A stretch of 61,007 bases of DNA from an uncultured Nitrososphaerota archaeon (GTDB taxonomy: Archaea; Thermoproteota; EX4484-205; JAAOZO01), in assembly GCA_964639105.1 (NCBI GenBank), contig CAZXBW010000001.1, forward strand, positions 1 to 61,007, read 5' to 3'. Both the position numbers and the translations under genes were made by a program. Of the stretch, positions 53,123 through 61,007 are shown piece after piece; positions within the stretch are counted from its first letter, which is position 1, and every line of letters starts with the position of its first letter. The notes under the pieces were generated by a model that had not been told where the DNA came from, ran no database searches, and worked only from the letters and a program-made list of their open reading frames with translations.

Positions 53123-53518
53123 ATGAGCAAAATCACTGAGCTCGGTGGGATCAAGGAAGGATCCTGGCTGATGATAGACGGCGAACCGTGCCAAGCTGTT
53201 GAAGTGACGCACTCGAAACCTGGAAAACATGGAAGTGCCAAGGCACGAATTGTCGGAATCGGACTCTTCGACGGATCAAAGCACACAATACTGAACCCGG
53301 TTTCGGCAAACGTTGAGGTTCCTCTGATCGAGAAGAAGACCGCGCAGGTGCTTTCAGTCACAGGCAACATGGTACAGCTGATGGATATGCAGAGCTATGA
53401 GACGATGGAGTTCCCGCTGCCAAGTGGAGAAATAGCGTCTCAGATCAAAGCCGGAGTCACCGTAGAATACTGGTTCGCAATGGGAAAGTACAAGATAATG
53501 CGAGTCAAGAGCGAGTGA
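53123..53518 (+). CDS. eif5a: Translation initiation factor 5A (aIF5A)
   Basis: Hypusination loop THSKPGKHGSAKARIVGIG and a C-terminal OB domain. Confidence 0.9.
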   Translation: MSKITELGGIKEGSWLMIDGEPCQAVEVTHSKPGKHGSAKARIVGIGLFDGSKHTILNPVSANVEVPLIEKKTAQVLSVTGNMVQLMDMQSYETMEFPLPSGEIASQIKAGVTVEYWFAMGKYKIMRVKSE

Positions 53519-53519
53519 A

Positions 53520-54275
53520 TTGCCACTAGTTGGGGGCTCCACGCTTTTCGCGTGGAGCGAGGGGTATTCTCCAAGTATGTTCCGCGTGTTAGAACAAAGA
53601 GGAGATTTGCTGTGGGAGATAGTGGATGATTCAAAGCTTCGTGTTACCGATGAGGTGATTTCGAAGCTCAGCGGGTTACACAAAGACAAGGGGATGAGGT
53701 TCTCGGTTCATACCCCTTTCATGGATGAGGACATCCTCGCCGCCGACCATGCGAAAAGAGACGAGAGCATCTCCGATGTTCGTCGTTCGATTGAACTAGC
53801 CCACAAGTACGGCGCCGAATATGCAGTCATTCACGCTGGGTACAAGAATGAAGTAATCTCTCAGGGAGAGGTCGTGGAGATTTGGAGTGGGCTGCTCGAC
53901 TTCTGTGAGGAGATGGGCATCGTAGGCGTCATCGAAAATCTAACCCACAGATCTGTGTTCTCCAGCCCCCAAGACCTGTACAGTTTCAAGAAGGCCCTCA
54001 AGAAGCCCAGCTTCGTGCTTGACTTGGGACATGCCAACGTTGAGGGTAACTTGGGGTCGTTCATCGATGCGATGAGAGAATTTTCCTACTTCCACATTCA
54101 CGACAACGCCGGCGATAACGACAGCCATCTCAGGCTGGGCAGGGGAAACATCAACTGGGATCGCTTCTTCTCGAAAGTCGTTCAGCTGAAGATGGAGGCC
54201 CCCCTCATGATTGAAAACATGACGGTAGAGGACTTGGACGAGAGTATGCGGTTCGCACTTAAAAGGCTCACTTGA
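53520..54275 (+). CDS. Xylose isomerase-like TIM-barrel protein (sugar phosphate isomerase/epimerase or AP-endonuclease-2 fold)
   Basis: AVIHAG, IENL, LDLGHAN and HIHDN motifs typical of the family. Confidence 0.6.
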   Translation: MPLVGGSTLFAWSEGYSPSMFRVLEQRGDLLWEIVDDSKLRVTDEVISKLSGLHKDKGMRFSVHTPFMDEDILAADHAKRDESISDVRRSIELAHKYGAEYAVIHAGYKNEVISQGEVVEIWSGLLDFCEEMGIVGVIENLTHRSVFSSPQDLYSFKKALKKPSFVLDLGHANVEGNLGSFIDAMREFSYFHIHDNAGDNDSHLRLGRGNINWDRFFSKVVQLKMEAPLMIENMTVEDLDESMRFALKRLT

Positions 54276-54287
54276 AAGGTCCTTGTC

Positions 54288-55235
54288 ATGCGCGATGAAC
54301 TGTCGGAAAAAGTAGTGGACTACACTACAGCAGAGATCAACGACGTGTACGATTTGGTTGAGAGACTATCCAAGTCCGGAGGGTTTCAGGCGAGGGAGGT
54401 AGGAAGGGGCCTAGACCTTTTCGCTAAGATGGTCGAGGACAAGGACTGCACCAGGTTCCTATCCTTCACGGCCAACGTGGTGTCTACTGGCCTGAGAGGC
54501 GTTCTGGCCGAGGTGATAAGAGACAAGATGGTAGACGTCGTCATCACGACAGGAGGAACCGCAGATCATGACATTGCGCGCGCTCAAGGCGGCCAATACT
54601 ACTACGACCAGTTCTTCGCCGATGATGCTGAGCTGCGCAAGAAGAAGATACACAGGTTGGGTAACGTGATGATACCACTGAAGTCATATGGCCCACCTGT
54701 TGAGAGCTTTGTCAGCAATATTGTAGCTGAGCTGGGAGGCAGTCCGTTCATGTCGCCATCGGAGATACTGGCAATCGCAGGGAAGCATATCACAGACAAG
54801 AACTCAATACTCAAGGCAGCTTACGAAGCCAAGGTTCCGATCGTCTCGCCCGGCCTGGCCGATTCGGCTTTCGGGACAGATCTCTGGTACTCATACCAAC
54901 GTGGAGAGTTCAAACTGGACACCCTGAAGGACATGACCCTGATGTCGAACAAGGTGTTCGAGAGGAAGAGAACCGGGGCCATCATTCTCGGGGGAGGGAT
55001 AAGCAAGCATCACACCATATGGTGGAATCAGTTCAAGGAAGGGTTGGAGTATGTGTTGGCGATAACCACTGGCACGGAGTTCGACGGATCGCTGACGGGA
55101 GCCAGGATAAGCGAGGCCATAACGTGGGGGAAAGTGAAACCAGACGCACTGCAGGCTACGATAATGGGCGATGTAACTATAATCTTCCCGCTGATACTGA
55201 CGGCGTATCGCCAGTCGAGGAATAGGGCGAAATGA
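54288..55235 (+). CDS. dys: Deoxyhypusine synthase
   Basis: Length and motifs (VITTGGTADHDI, ILGGGISKHH, EAITWGK) match DHS. Confidence 0.85.
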   Translation: MRDELSEKVVDYTTAEINDVYDLVERLSKSGGFQAREVGRGLDLFAKMVEDKDCTRFLSFTANVVSTGLRGVLAEVIRDKMVDVVITTGGTADHDIARAQGGQYYYDQFFADDAELRKKKIHRLGNVMIPLKSYGPPVESFVSNIVAELGGSPFMSPSEILAIAGKHITDKNSILKAAYEAKVPIVSPGLADSAFGTDLWYSYQRGEFKLDTLKDMTLMSNKVFERKRTGAIILGGGISKHHTIWWNQFKEGLEYVLAITTGTEFDGSLTGARISEAITWGKVKPDALQATIMGDVTIIFPLILTAYRQSRNRAK

Positions 55236-55237
55236 GC

Positions 55238-55567
55238 CTAAGGTAAATCGCTGAGCTTCATTTCGTCCAGAACCTTGTTGATCTGATCCTTGTAGAGGTG
55301 ATCGCTCACTTTGACCTCGATTTTGCTGAACCCACCGATCTTGAAGAGTTTCTTCTTTATCGAGCTGCCTATCATGAGTGCCATCGGGGGCGGGCACATG
55401 GGCATGGTGAGATGGTAAGTAACGCGGGCTTCTCCATCCTTGACAGATATCTCGTCGACAAGTCCCATGTCTACTATGGAGACTCCGATTTCTGGATCCG
55501 TGACTTCTTTCAGTTCCTCGTAGATCTGTCGTTCCTTTTCATTCAGAGTTTCTGGATCTACTGGCAT
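55238..55567 (-). CDS. DUF59/MIP18-family Fe-S assembly protein (SufT/PaaD-like)
   Basis: VTDPEIGVSIVDMGLV...TMPMCP motif. ATG at 55567 preferred. Confidence 0.7.
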   Translation of the reverse strand: MPVDPETLNEKERQIYEELKEVTDPEIGVSIVDMGLVDEISVKDGEARVTYHLTMPMCPPPMALMIGSSIKKKLFKIGGFSKIEVKVSDHLYKDQINKVLDEMKLSDLP

Positions 55568-55643
55568 CGAACCACATCCCTTGCCCCGACCCACATAAGT
55601 CTATCACGTCGGTTCGCCGAACGCACCGTCCTATTTCTCCGCT

Positions 55644-56240
55644 CTAGTACTCTTCGCACAATCTCTGGTAGAAGCTCTTGCTGTGACCACATGACGGACA
55701 AGTCTCCGGTGGAGTCTTGCCTATGTGCACGTACCCACACTTCCTGCACACCCAGACGATCTGTTCGTCCCTGTTGAAGAACTTGCCCGTCTCGACGAGC
55801 TTCAACAACTTGGTGTACCGCTCTTCATGGTGTTTCTCCACTGACGAGATCGCACGCAGTTGCTTGGCTATGTCGGGGTAACCTTCCTTTTCTGCGACGG
55901 CAGCAAACTCTGGGTACATTACTGTGTTCTCATGGTGCTCGCCGCCAATTGCCGCCTTGAGGTTGTCAACTGTTTGGCCCAAGACAAGGGGGGCTAGGGC
56001 TTTCACCTCCAGCTCGACCTTGTCCTTTCTCAGACTCTGTATGTCCTTGAACAGCGTGTCCGCGTGCTCAGTTTCGTTTGCGGCAGTCAGTTCAAAGATC
56101 TCTGCTATCTGTTCATAACCTTCCTTTCTGGCTTTGCTGGCATAGAAAGTGTATCGGTTCCTAGCTTGGCTCTCCCCTATGAATGCCTTGATCAGGTTCT
56201 CTAGGGTTTGCATATAGTATTCCGCCATCTGCTGTTTCAT
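55644..56240 (-). CDS. rbr: Rubrerythrin
   Basis: Ferritin-like four-helix region ([13 protein letters not shown]...ETEHA...EHHE) plus a C-terminal rubredoxin CRKCG...CPSCG. ATG 56240 chosen because the longer ORF runs into a tRNA gene. Confidence 0.85.
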   Translation of the reverse strand: MKQQMAEYYMQTLENLIKAFIGESQARNRYTFYASKARKEGYEQIAEIFELTAANETEHADTLFKDIQSLRKDKVELEVKALAPLVLGQTVDNLKAAIGGEHHENTVMYPEFAAVAEKEGYPDIAKQLRAISSVEKHHEERYTKLLKLVETGKFFNRDEQIVWVCRKCGYVHIGKTPPETCPSCGHSKSFYQRLCEEY

Positions 56241-56278
56241 AACCTTTTTGTTCGCTCTATGGCCCGGGATTGGGTTGG

Positions 56279-56363
56279 TGCGGGAGGTGGGATTTGAACC
56301 CACGAACCCCTTCGGGACGGGGTCCTAAGCCCCGCGCCTTTGACCAGGCTTGGCGACTCCCGC
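56279..56363 (-). tRNA. tRNA-Leu (anticodon TAG), no insertion; CCA follows in the genome (56276-56278)
   Basis: Reverse complement GCGGGAG TC GCCAAGCCTGGTCAAAGGCG CGGGG CTTAGGA CCCCG TCCCGAAGGGGTTC GTGGG TTCAAAT CCCAC CTCCCGC A CCA. Confidence 0.85.
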
Positions 56364-56387
56364 GACGCGAGCTTCCGCACTCCCCTT

Positions 56388-56395
56388 CTTTTTAT
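56388..56395 (-). promoter_or_regulatory. TATA-like box upstream of tRNA-Leu(TAG)
   Basis: Minus strand ATAAAAAG centred about 28 nt upstream of the tRNA 5' end. Confidence 0.4.
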
Positions 56396-56476
56396 CTGTG
56401 TTTGTCGCTATGCCCTCTGAGACTCGAAACCCTATAACCGAAACAAGAACTCGATTCTCAAGACAGGTGGTCGTGA

Positions 56477-57664
56477 ATGAAAGTCAAGAGAGAGACGTGG
56501 ATAAACCCCTCGAAGCTAACCTATGCGGTCTTCGGAGAGGCCGGATACATTTCAGCGACAGAGCCGAGGATGATTCGACAGTGGGGTGAGGAGAACAAGA
56601 GCGATCGTGCGGACACAAGCTTCACCGAGGTATCAGAAGACAATGGTAGAACTTGGGGACATAGAAAGGTTCTGTCCGTCACTCACAAGGAAGGAGGTTT
56701 CACTTTCCTAGGAGGACGCGGGGGAGGAATTCCCTTCGTGGATCTTGACAACGGTGTGACTATTCTCTTTTCACTAGAGGTCGTCCTTGAGGGAGACGAC
56801 GTAGTCAGCGGACTGAAGAGAAGAAGGATATTCTACTCAACAAGCAAGGACGGCGGCAGAAACTTCTCCTCGCCCAAAGAACTCGTGGAGCAAGGAGAGG
56901 GATATGACGTCTTCCACTACATGAAAGGTGTGTACTATGGCCTGAACTCCGCGAGCCTCGGAGGAAAGCCCATCAAGATCTCTCGCGATGAAATCCTATT
57001 GCCGGTATATGTAGCTCCTCTCGATGAGAACGCCAAGCTCTACAATCCATTAGGAGGGTACACCTTCACTTACGCTGGTTTTCTGATTGGAAGATGGAAA
57101 GAAGATCTTTCAGATCTAGTATGGAAAAGCACTCAATTGGTGAAGATAGATCCGAAATCATCCATTCGCGGGTTCAGTGAAAACACGGTGGCTAAGCTCA
57201 ACGGCGAGCGGATTTTGTCGATTCTGCGTGGCTCCAACTCTTACAAATGGTTCACCCTCTCCCATGACAATGGTCTCACTTGGGATGAAGTCAAGCCTCT
57301 CCGGTTTGATGATGGCAGAGAGCTCTTCTCCCCAGCAAGCTACTCTCTGTTGATCAGGCATTCGGCCGGCAGACTGTACTGGATAGCGAACGTTGTTTCG
57401 ACCCATCCGAAGGGTAACTCGCCGCGTTACCCGCTGTGCATTGCTGAGATCGACGAGGATGGCGTAACCATCAAGAAGGGGACCTTGTTCAATATTGATG
57501 CAAAGGCAGAAGGAGAGTGCGAAGCCCTGCAGCTTTCCAACTTCGGCTTGTACGAGGACAGAGAGACGCATGAGATTGTGTTGACCTACCCACGTCTCTT
57601 TGCCAGAGATGACAAGGACTGGACGGCTCCCTGCATGCTGTACCGAGTATCCGTCGAACTGTAG
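56477..57664 (+). CDS. BNR/Asp-box repeat protein (sialidase-like beta-propeller)
   Basis: Asp-box motifs SEDNGRTW, SKDGGRNF and SHDNGLTW. Confidence 0.6.
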   Translation: MKVKRETWINPSKLTYAVFGEAGYISATEPRMIRQWGEENKSDRADTSFTEVSEDNGRTWGHRKVLSVTHKEGGFTFLGGRGGGIPFVDLDNGVTILFSLEVVLEGDDVVSGLKRRRIFYSTSKDGGRNFSSPKELVEQGEGYDVFHYMKGVYYGLNSASLGGKPIKISRDEILLPVYVAPLDENAKLYNPLGGYTFTYAGFLIGRWKEDLSDLVWKSTQLVKIDPKSSIRGFSENTVAKLNGERILSILRGSNSYKWFTLSHDNGLTWDEVKPLRFDDGRELFSPASYSLLIRHSAGRLYWIANVVSTHPKGNSPRYPLCIAEIDEDGVTIKKGTLFNIDAKAEGECEALQLSNFGLYEDRETHEIVLTYPRLFARDDKDWTAPCMLYRVSVEL

Positions 57665-57816
57665 ATTCTACGGAAAGGAATTTGATTCTTTACACGATTA
57701 CCGGCGTTGCTACGAGGACTTCCTCTCAGGGGGAACGAAGTTGTGGGCTGCGGAGCACTGTTCCCAAGCTTTTAACTGGAGTGGGGCCCAGAACTCCGCA
57801 AACAGAAGTGGCGCAG

Positions 57817-58551
57817 ATGCCCAGTCAGATTGTTGACATGAACACTCACTTCGGCGTCTATCCCCGCATGAAAGCTGACATTAGCCTCGAGATACTCGAA
57901 AGGTTGATCGAGCAGAACGGTGTCACCAGGGCGGTGACACTTTCCCTGAAGGGCGTTCTCTACGATTATGTCGAAGGTAACGCGGAGACGCTCAGGAAAT
58001 GCAGTGAGAGTAGGAAGCTCGTCCCTGCAGCCACACTAGATCCAAGGAAATGCACGGATGCCGTTGCGGACGTGAGTGCCCTAGTCAGCCGAGGCTTCAA
58101 GGTGCTGAGGCTCTTTCCTGACCTTCAGGAATGGCCCTTACGATTCGCGCCAGTCAGATCTATCGTCCATGAACTCCATCGCGTGCACATCCCTCTGATG
58201 GTCAACGCGTTGACCTACGGCGTTGCGACTGAGCTGACCGATCTGGTTGGTGAACATGCGTTCCCTGTGATACTGTCCGGAATAGGTTACTGGGTGTTGA
58301 GTGAGGTCATCGTCCTCATGAAAGATAACAAGAACACCTTCGTTGAGACAAGCTATCTGGATTCTCCAGACGCCATCGAGGTCTTGGTCCGTGAGGTCGG
58401 AGCTGACAGGATACTTTTTGGTTCTAACACACCAATGACCTACTTCAGGGGGCCCTACCTGTCGGTGGCCAAGGCAGACATCTCAGACCACGAGAAAGAG
58501 ATGATATTTCATCTCAACGCCGAGAAGATACTAGGAGAGGTTGGCGAATGA
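57817..58551 (+). CDS. Amidohydrolase-2 family metal-dependent hydrolase (TIM barrel)
   Basis: IVDMNTHFG start and ILFGSNTP near the C-terminus. Paralogous to the next gene. ATG 57817 preferred over the longer listed ORF. Confidence 0.6.
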   Translation: MPSQIVDMNTHFGVYPRMKADISLEILERLIEQNGVTRAVTLSLKGVLYDYVEGNAETLRKCSESRKLVPAATLDPRKCTDAVADVSALVSRGFKVLRLFPDLQEWPLRFAPVRSIVHELHRVHIPLMVNALTYGVATELTDLVGEHAFPVILSGIGYWVLSEVIVLMKDNKNTFVETSYLDSPDAIEVLVREVGADRILFGSNTPMTYFRGPYLSVAKADISDHEKEMIFHLNAEKILGEVGE

Positions 58552-59291
58552 AGATTATCGATGTTCACGCACACTGCGGGGAGTGGTTCTTCCCCATATA
58601 CATGAACGAGGCGCGGCGCATCATTGGTTTGATGGATAAGTACGGCGTTGAGAAGGCCGTGTTTTCGTCCAGCTTGGCGGTCTTCTATGACATGGTCGAG
58701 GGGAACGCTCAACTTAACGAGTTCTTGTCTGGATCTCCGAGATTCTACGGGTATGCAATATTGAACCCGAACTACATGGATCTTTCAGTCGAGCAGATTG
58801 AGAAGTACCTAGGGGTACAGAAGTTCCTAGGAGTGAAGATCCACCCGGACTACTCCAGAAAGTCCGTCTCATGTCACGAGAGCGTAGAGTTGCTGGAGAA
58901 AGCTAGGAAATTGAAGAAGGTAGTTTTATTGCACACTTGGGGTGATGAGCAGATACGCGCGACATCAATAGTAGCAGACACATTTCCTGACATGACAGTC
59001 ATAATGGGTCACATGGGAGGAGACGGAAAAGAAGGTGCTGGCTGGAAGGCTGGAATAGCAGCTGCCAAAGGCAGACCGAATTTGTATCTTGAGATCTGTG
59101 GCAGCGTGTTGCACCGCGACAGGATAAAGGAGGCAGTAGAAGCCGTTGGAGACGATCGCATACTCTACGGTAGTGACATGACGCTCCTCAATCCGTCGAT
59201 AGCAGTCGGGATGGTGGAGGAAGCGGACATATCTCAGTCATCCAAGGAGAACATATTCCACAGGAACGCTGAGAGAATACTCCACTTGTGA
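58548..59291 (+). CDS. Amidohydrolase-2 family metal-dependent hydrolase (TIM barrel)
   Basis: IIDVHAHCG start, MGHMGG and ILYGSDM motifs. 4-nt overlap with the upstream paralogue. Confidence 0.65.
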   Translation: MKIIDVHAHCGEWFFPIYMNEARRIIGLMDKYGVEKAVFSSSLAVFYDMVEGNAQLNEFLSGSPRFYGYAILNPNYMDLSVEQIEKYLGVQKFLGVKIHPDYSRKSVSCHESVELLEKARKLKKVVLLHTWGDEQIRATSIVADTFPDMTVIMGHMGGDGKEGAGWKAGIAAAKGRPNLYLEICGSVLHRDRIKEAVEAVGDDRILYGSDMTLLNPSIAVGMVEEADISQSSKENIFHRNAERILHL

Positions 59292-59349
59292 CTGCCAAAC
59301 AGTGTGCATCAACCATAAAAGGTAAGGCGCCCCATTCACTTCAGCGAAG

Positions 59350-60591
59350 ATGTCTAAGCTTGCGATCGAGGGAGGCAAACCTGTGAGGAAGCGCCCGTTC
59401 CCAACCGTTGGGGACAAATCAGGAAGGACCCTAGGGAAGGAGGAGGCCAAGGCCGCCAGCGAGGTGATAATGTCGGGTCGTCTCTTCCTGTACGGAGGAA
59501 CCAAGGTCCGCAAGTTCGAGAAAGAGTTCGCGAGGCGGATGGGAGTCAATCATGGGATAGCATCTACATCCGGTACGGCAGCGATTCATGTGGCACTCGG
59601 AGCGCTTGGTGTCAGCCCTGGGGACGAAGTCATCACGAGTCCCATCACGGACATGGGCACCATCATCCCGGTCATTTTTCAAGGGGCGGTGCCGATCTTC
59701 GCAGACGTATCTAGGGAATCACTCAACGTGGATCCGTCTGACGTTAAGAGGAAGATTACCGACAAGACTGCGGCGATCGTTCCCGTTCACCTGTTCGGCC
59801 TGCCGGCAGACATGGGCCCGATCTTGGATGCAGCTGACGAGCGAGGGATTCCAGTGGTCGAGGACTGTTGCCAAGCATACTTGGCCGAGTACGGAGGAAA
59901 GCTGGCTGGCAGTATTGGAAAGATGGGCGCCTTCAGCCTGCAACAGTCCAAGCACATGACGACGGGCGACGGTGGAATGACAATAACGAACGACGATGAG
60001 TTGGCAGAGAAGGCCGCCCTCTTCGCTGACAAGGGCTGGGACAGGTCGAAGGGCAGGGAGTACGTTATGCTGGGCATCAACTACAGGATGACTGAGGTAA
60101 CAGCGGCGATCGGGCTTGAGCAACTCAAGAAACTACGGTCTGCAGTCGAGAGTAGAAGGAAGTCGGCTACTAGGTTGACTCACCAGATAGAAGGGATCGA
60201 GGGTCTGAATCCTCCTCGCCCTCCGAAAGGTGTCAAGCACTCCTACTGGCAGTATCCGCTGATAGTAGATGATGAACTCGGAATGTCTCCCAAAAGATTC
60301 TCTGAAGCTCTGATAGCGGAAGGAATACCCGCGCCCTATTCATACATAGGGGAGCCGATGTACTTGAAGACTCCACTAAGGGAGAAGAAGACCTTTGCCA
60401 AGAACCAACATCCATTCGATTGTCCTGCTTACGGCAAGCCAATTTCATATGTACATGGTTTGTGTCCAAACGCTGAAGACGTGCTGAAGAGGCTCATTGT
60501 GATTCCTTGGAACGAGAAATACACTAAGGATGATGTAGATGACATCGCCGAGGCCATACAGAAGGTTGTGGCGCACTCGCACCAACTCTGA
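59350..60591 (+). CDS. DegT/DnrJ/EryC1/StrS-family PLP-dependent aminotransferase
   Basis: GIASTSGTAAIHVAL, VITSPITDMGT, and the PLP-Lys region FSLQQSKHMTTGDGG. Confidence 0.85.
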   Translation: MSKLAIEGGKPVRKRPFPTVGDKSGRTLGKEEAKAASEVIMSGRLFLYGGTKVRKFEKEFARRMGVNHGIASTSGTAAIHVALGALGVSPGDEVITSPITDMGTIIPVIFQGAVPIFADVSRESLNVDPSDVKRKITDKTAAIVPVHLFGLPADMGPILDAADERGIPVVEDCCQAYLAEYGGKLAGSIGKMGAFSLQQSKHMTTGDGGMTITNDDELAEKAALFADKGWDRSKGREYVMLGINYRMTEVTAAIGLEQLKKLRSAVESRRKSATRLTHQIEGIEGLNPPRPPKGVKHSYWQYPLIVDDELGMSPKRFSEALIAEGIPAPYSYIGEPMYLKTPLREKKTFAKNQHPFDCPAYGKPISYVHGLCPNAEDVLKRLIVIPWNEKYTKDDVDDIAEAIQKVVAHSHQL

Positions 60592-60624
60592 CTGGTTTAC
60601 TGAAACTGCAATCCAAATCTTATA

Positions 60625-60966
60625 ATGGCTGGGTACGTTAGATCTTGCATGGCCCTTGATGATGTATTCAAGGTCGGAAGAGAGAGCTGGGAGCAGAGGG
60701 TCATTGAAGCCGCGCAAAGGAAAAGTCCAGTGGAGATAACAATAGAAGATCAGAGTCACGTCCATCGCGCTGGCTTTGCTGGAAGTTCACACAGGCGAGT
60801 CGAGTGGCACTATCAGGTTTTCGTCAATTCTGTTCCGGTCATTTGGGAACCTAAGCTGCAGTTGGCCCAGCAACGCGTGGCGGAGATAGGTGCTCTCTTG
60901 ACCAGCCGTGGATTCATCGTGATTGGCTCCGAAGCGATGCCACCGCCGCCTCCTCCACCACCATGA
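60625..60966 (+). CDS. Hypothetical protein ending in a run of nine prolines
   Basis: 113-aa ORF. The C-terminus EAMPPPPPPPPP is encoded by CCA/CCG/CCT codons. No motif recognised. Confidence 0.35.
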   Translation: MAGYVRSCMALDDVFKVGRESWEQRVIEAAQRKSPVEITIEDQSHVHRAGFAGSSHRRVEWHYQVFVNSVPVIWEPKLQLAQQRVAEIGALLTSRGFIVIGSEAMPPPPPPPP

Positions 60967-61007
60967 TCTTGCATCTCGCCGAAGATTGCGGAAAAGACAA
61001 ATAAGAT

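Noticed and set aside
1-61007. CRISPR arrays, rRNA genes, IS elements/transposases, integrases and toxin-antitoxin pairs
   Set aside because: I found no regularly spaced direct repeats and no rRNA-like sequence. No DDE, serine or tyrosine recombinase motifs appear in any listed ORF. The only PIN domain belongs to a Nob1-type protein with its Zn ribbon.

Overview
Archaeal chromosomal segment, densely packed: about 65 protein genes and 7 tRNA genes, with very short or overlapping gene junctions. I saw no rRNA, CRISPR array, transposase or integrase. All calls rest on motif recognition by eye from the supplied translations and hand-folding of tRNAs. No database search or folding program was run, and BHB splice motifs were not verified.

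Content is mostly information-processing genes:
- Translation and RNA: ribosomal proteins L10e, L44e and S27e, exosome Csl4, RpoL, TFS, aIF2-alpha, Nop10 (a small minus-strand ORF absent from the ORF track), Nob1, aIF5A with deoxyhypusine synthase, and His/Leu/Ala-tRNA synthetases.
- Replication and repair: PCNA, primase PriL/PriS with a GINS-like gene, XPD, Hef, Orc1/Cdc6 next to ORB-type origin repeats, and the PolD large subunit.
- Archaeal lipid genes: CarS, DGGGP synthase, GGGP synthase, and the UbiD plus aconitase-X genes of the archaeal mevalonate route. AglB is also present.

An Elf1 homologue, PolD and heavily intron-bearing tRNA genes suggest a TACK-like or related uncultured archaeon; this is a weak inference.

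Most notable observations:
1. A translationally coupled three-gene operon sits against a tRNA cluster. It encodes a Cys-rich TGT/DpdA-like enzyme, a free-standing double-LAGLIDADG endonuclease and an orphan protein. This is my best candidate for an undescribed system.
2. Five of the 7 tRNA genes carry 7 short insertions (13-18 nt, four of exactly 14 nt), mostly at non-canonical positions. A tRNA-splicing endonuclease homologue lacking the catalytic His starts 8 nt after one of them.
3. A 140-aa mini-intein splits the DEAH box of XPD and has an atypical block B.
4. The csl4 stop codon is followed in the same frame by rpoL-like sequence with no canonical start for 21 codons.
5. A divergent pair of DUF72 paralogues is fused to SWIM and DUF2795 modules.
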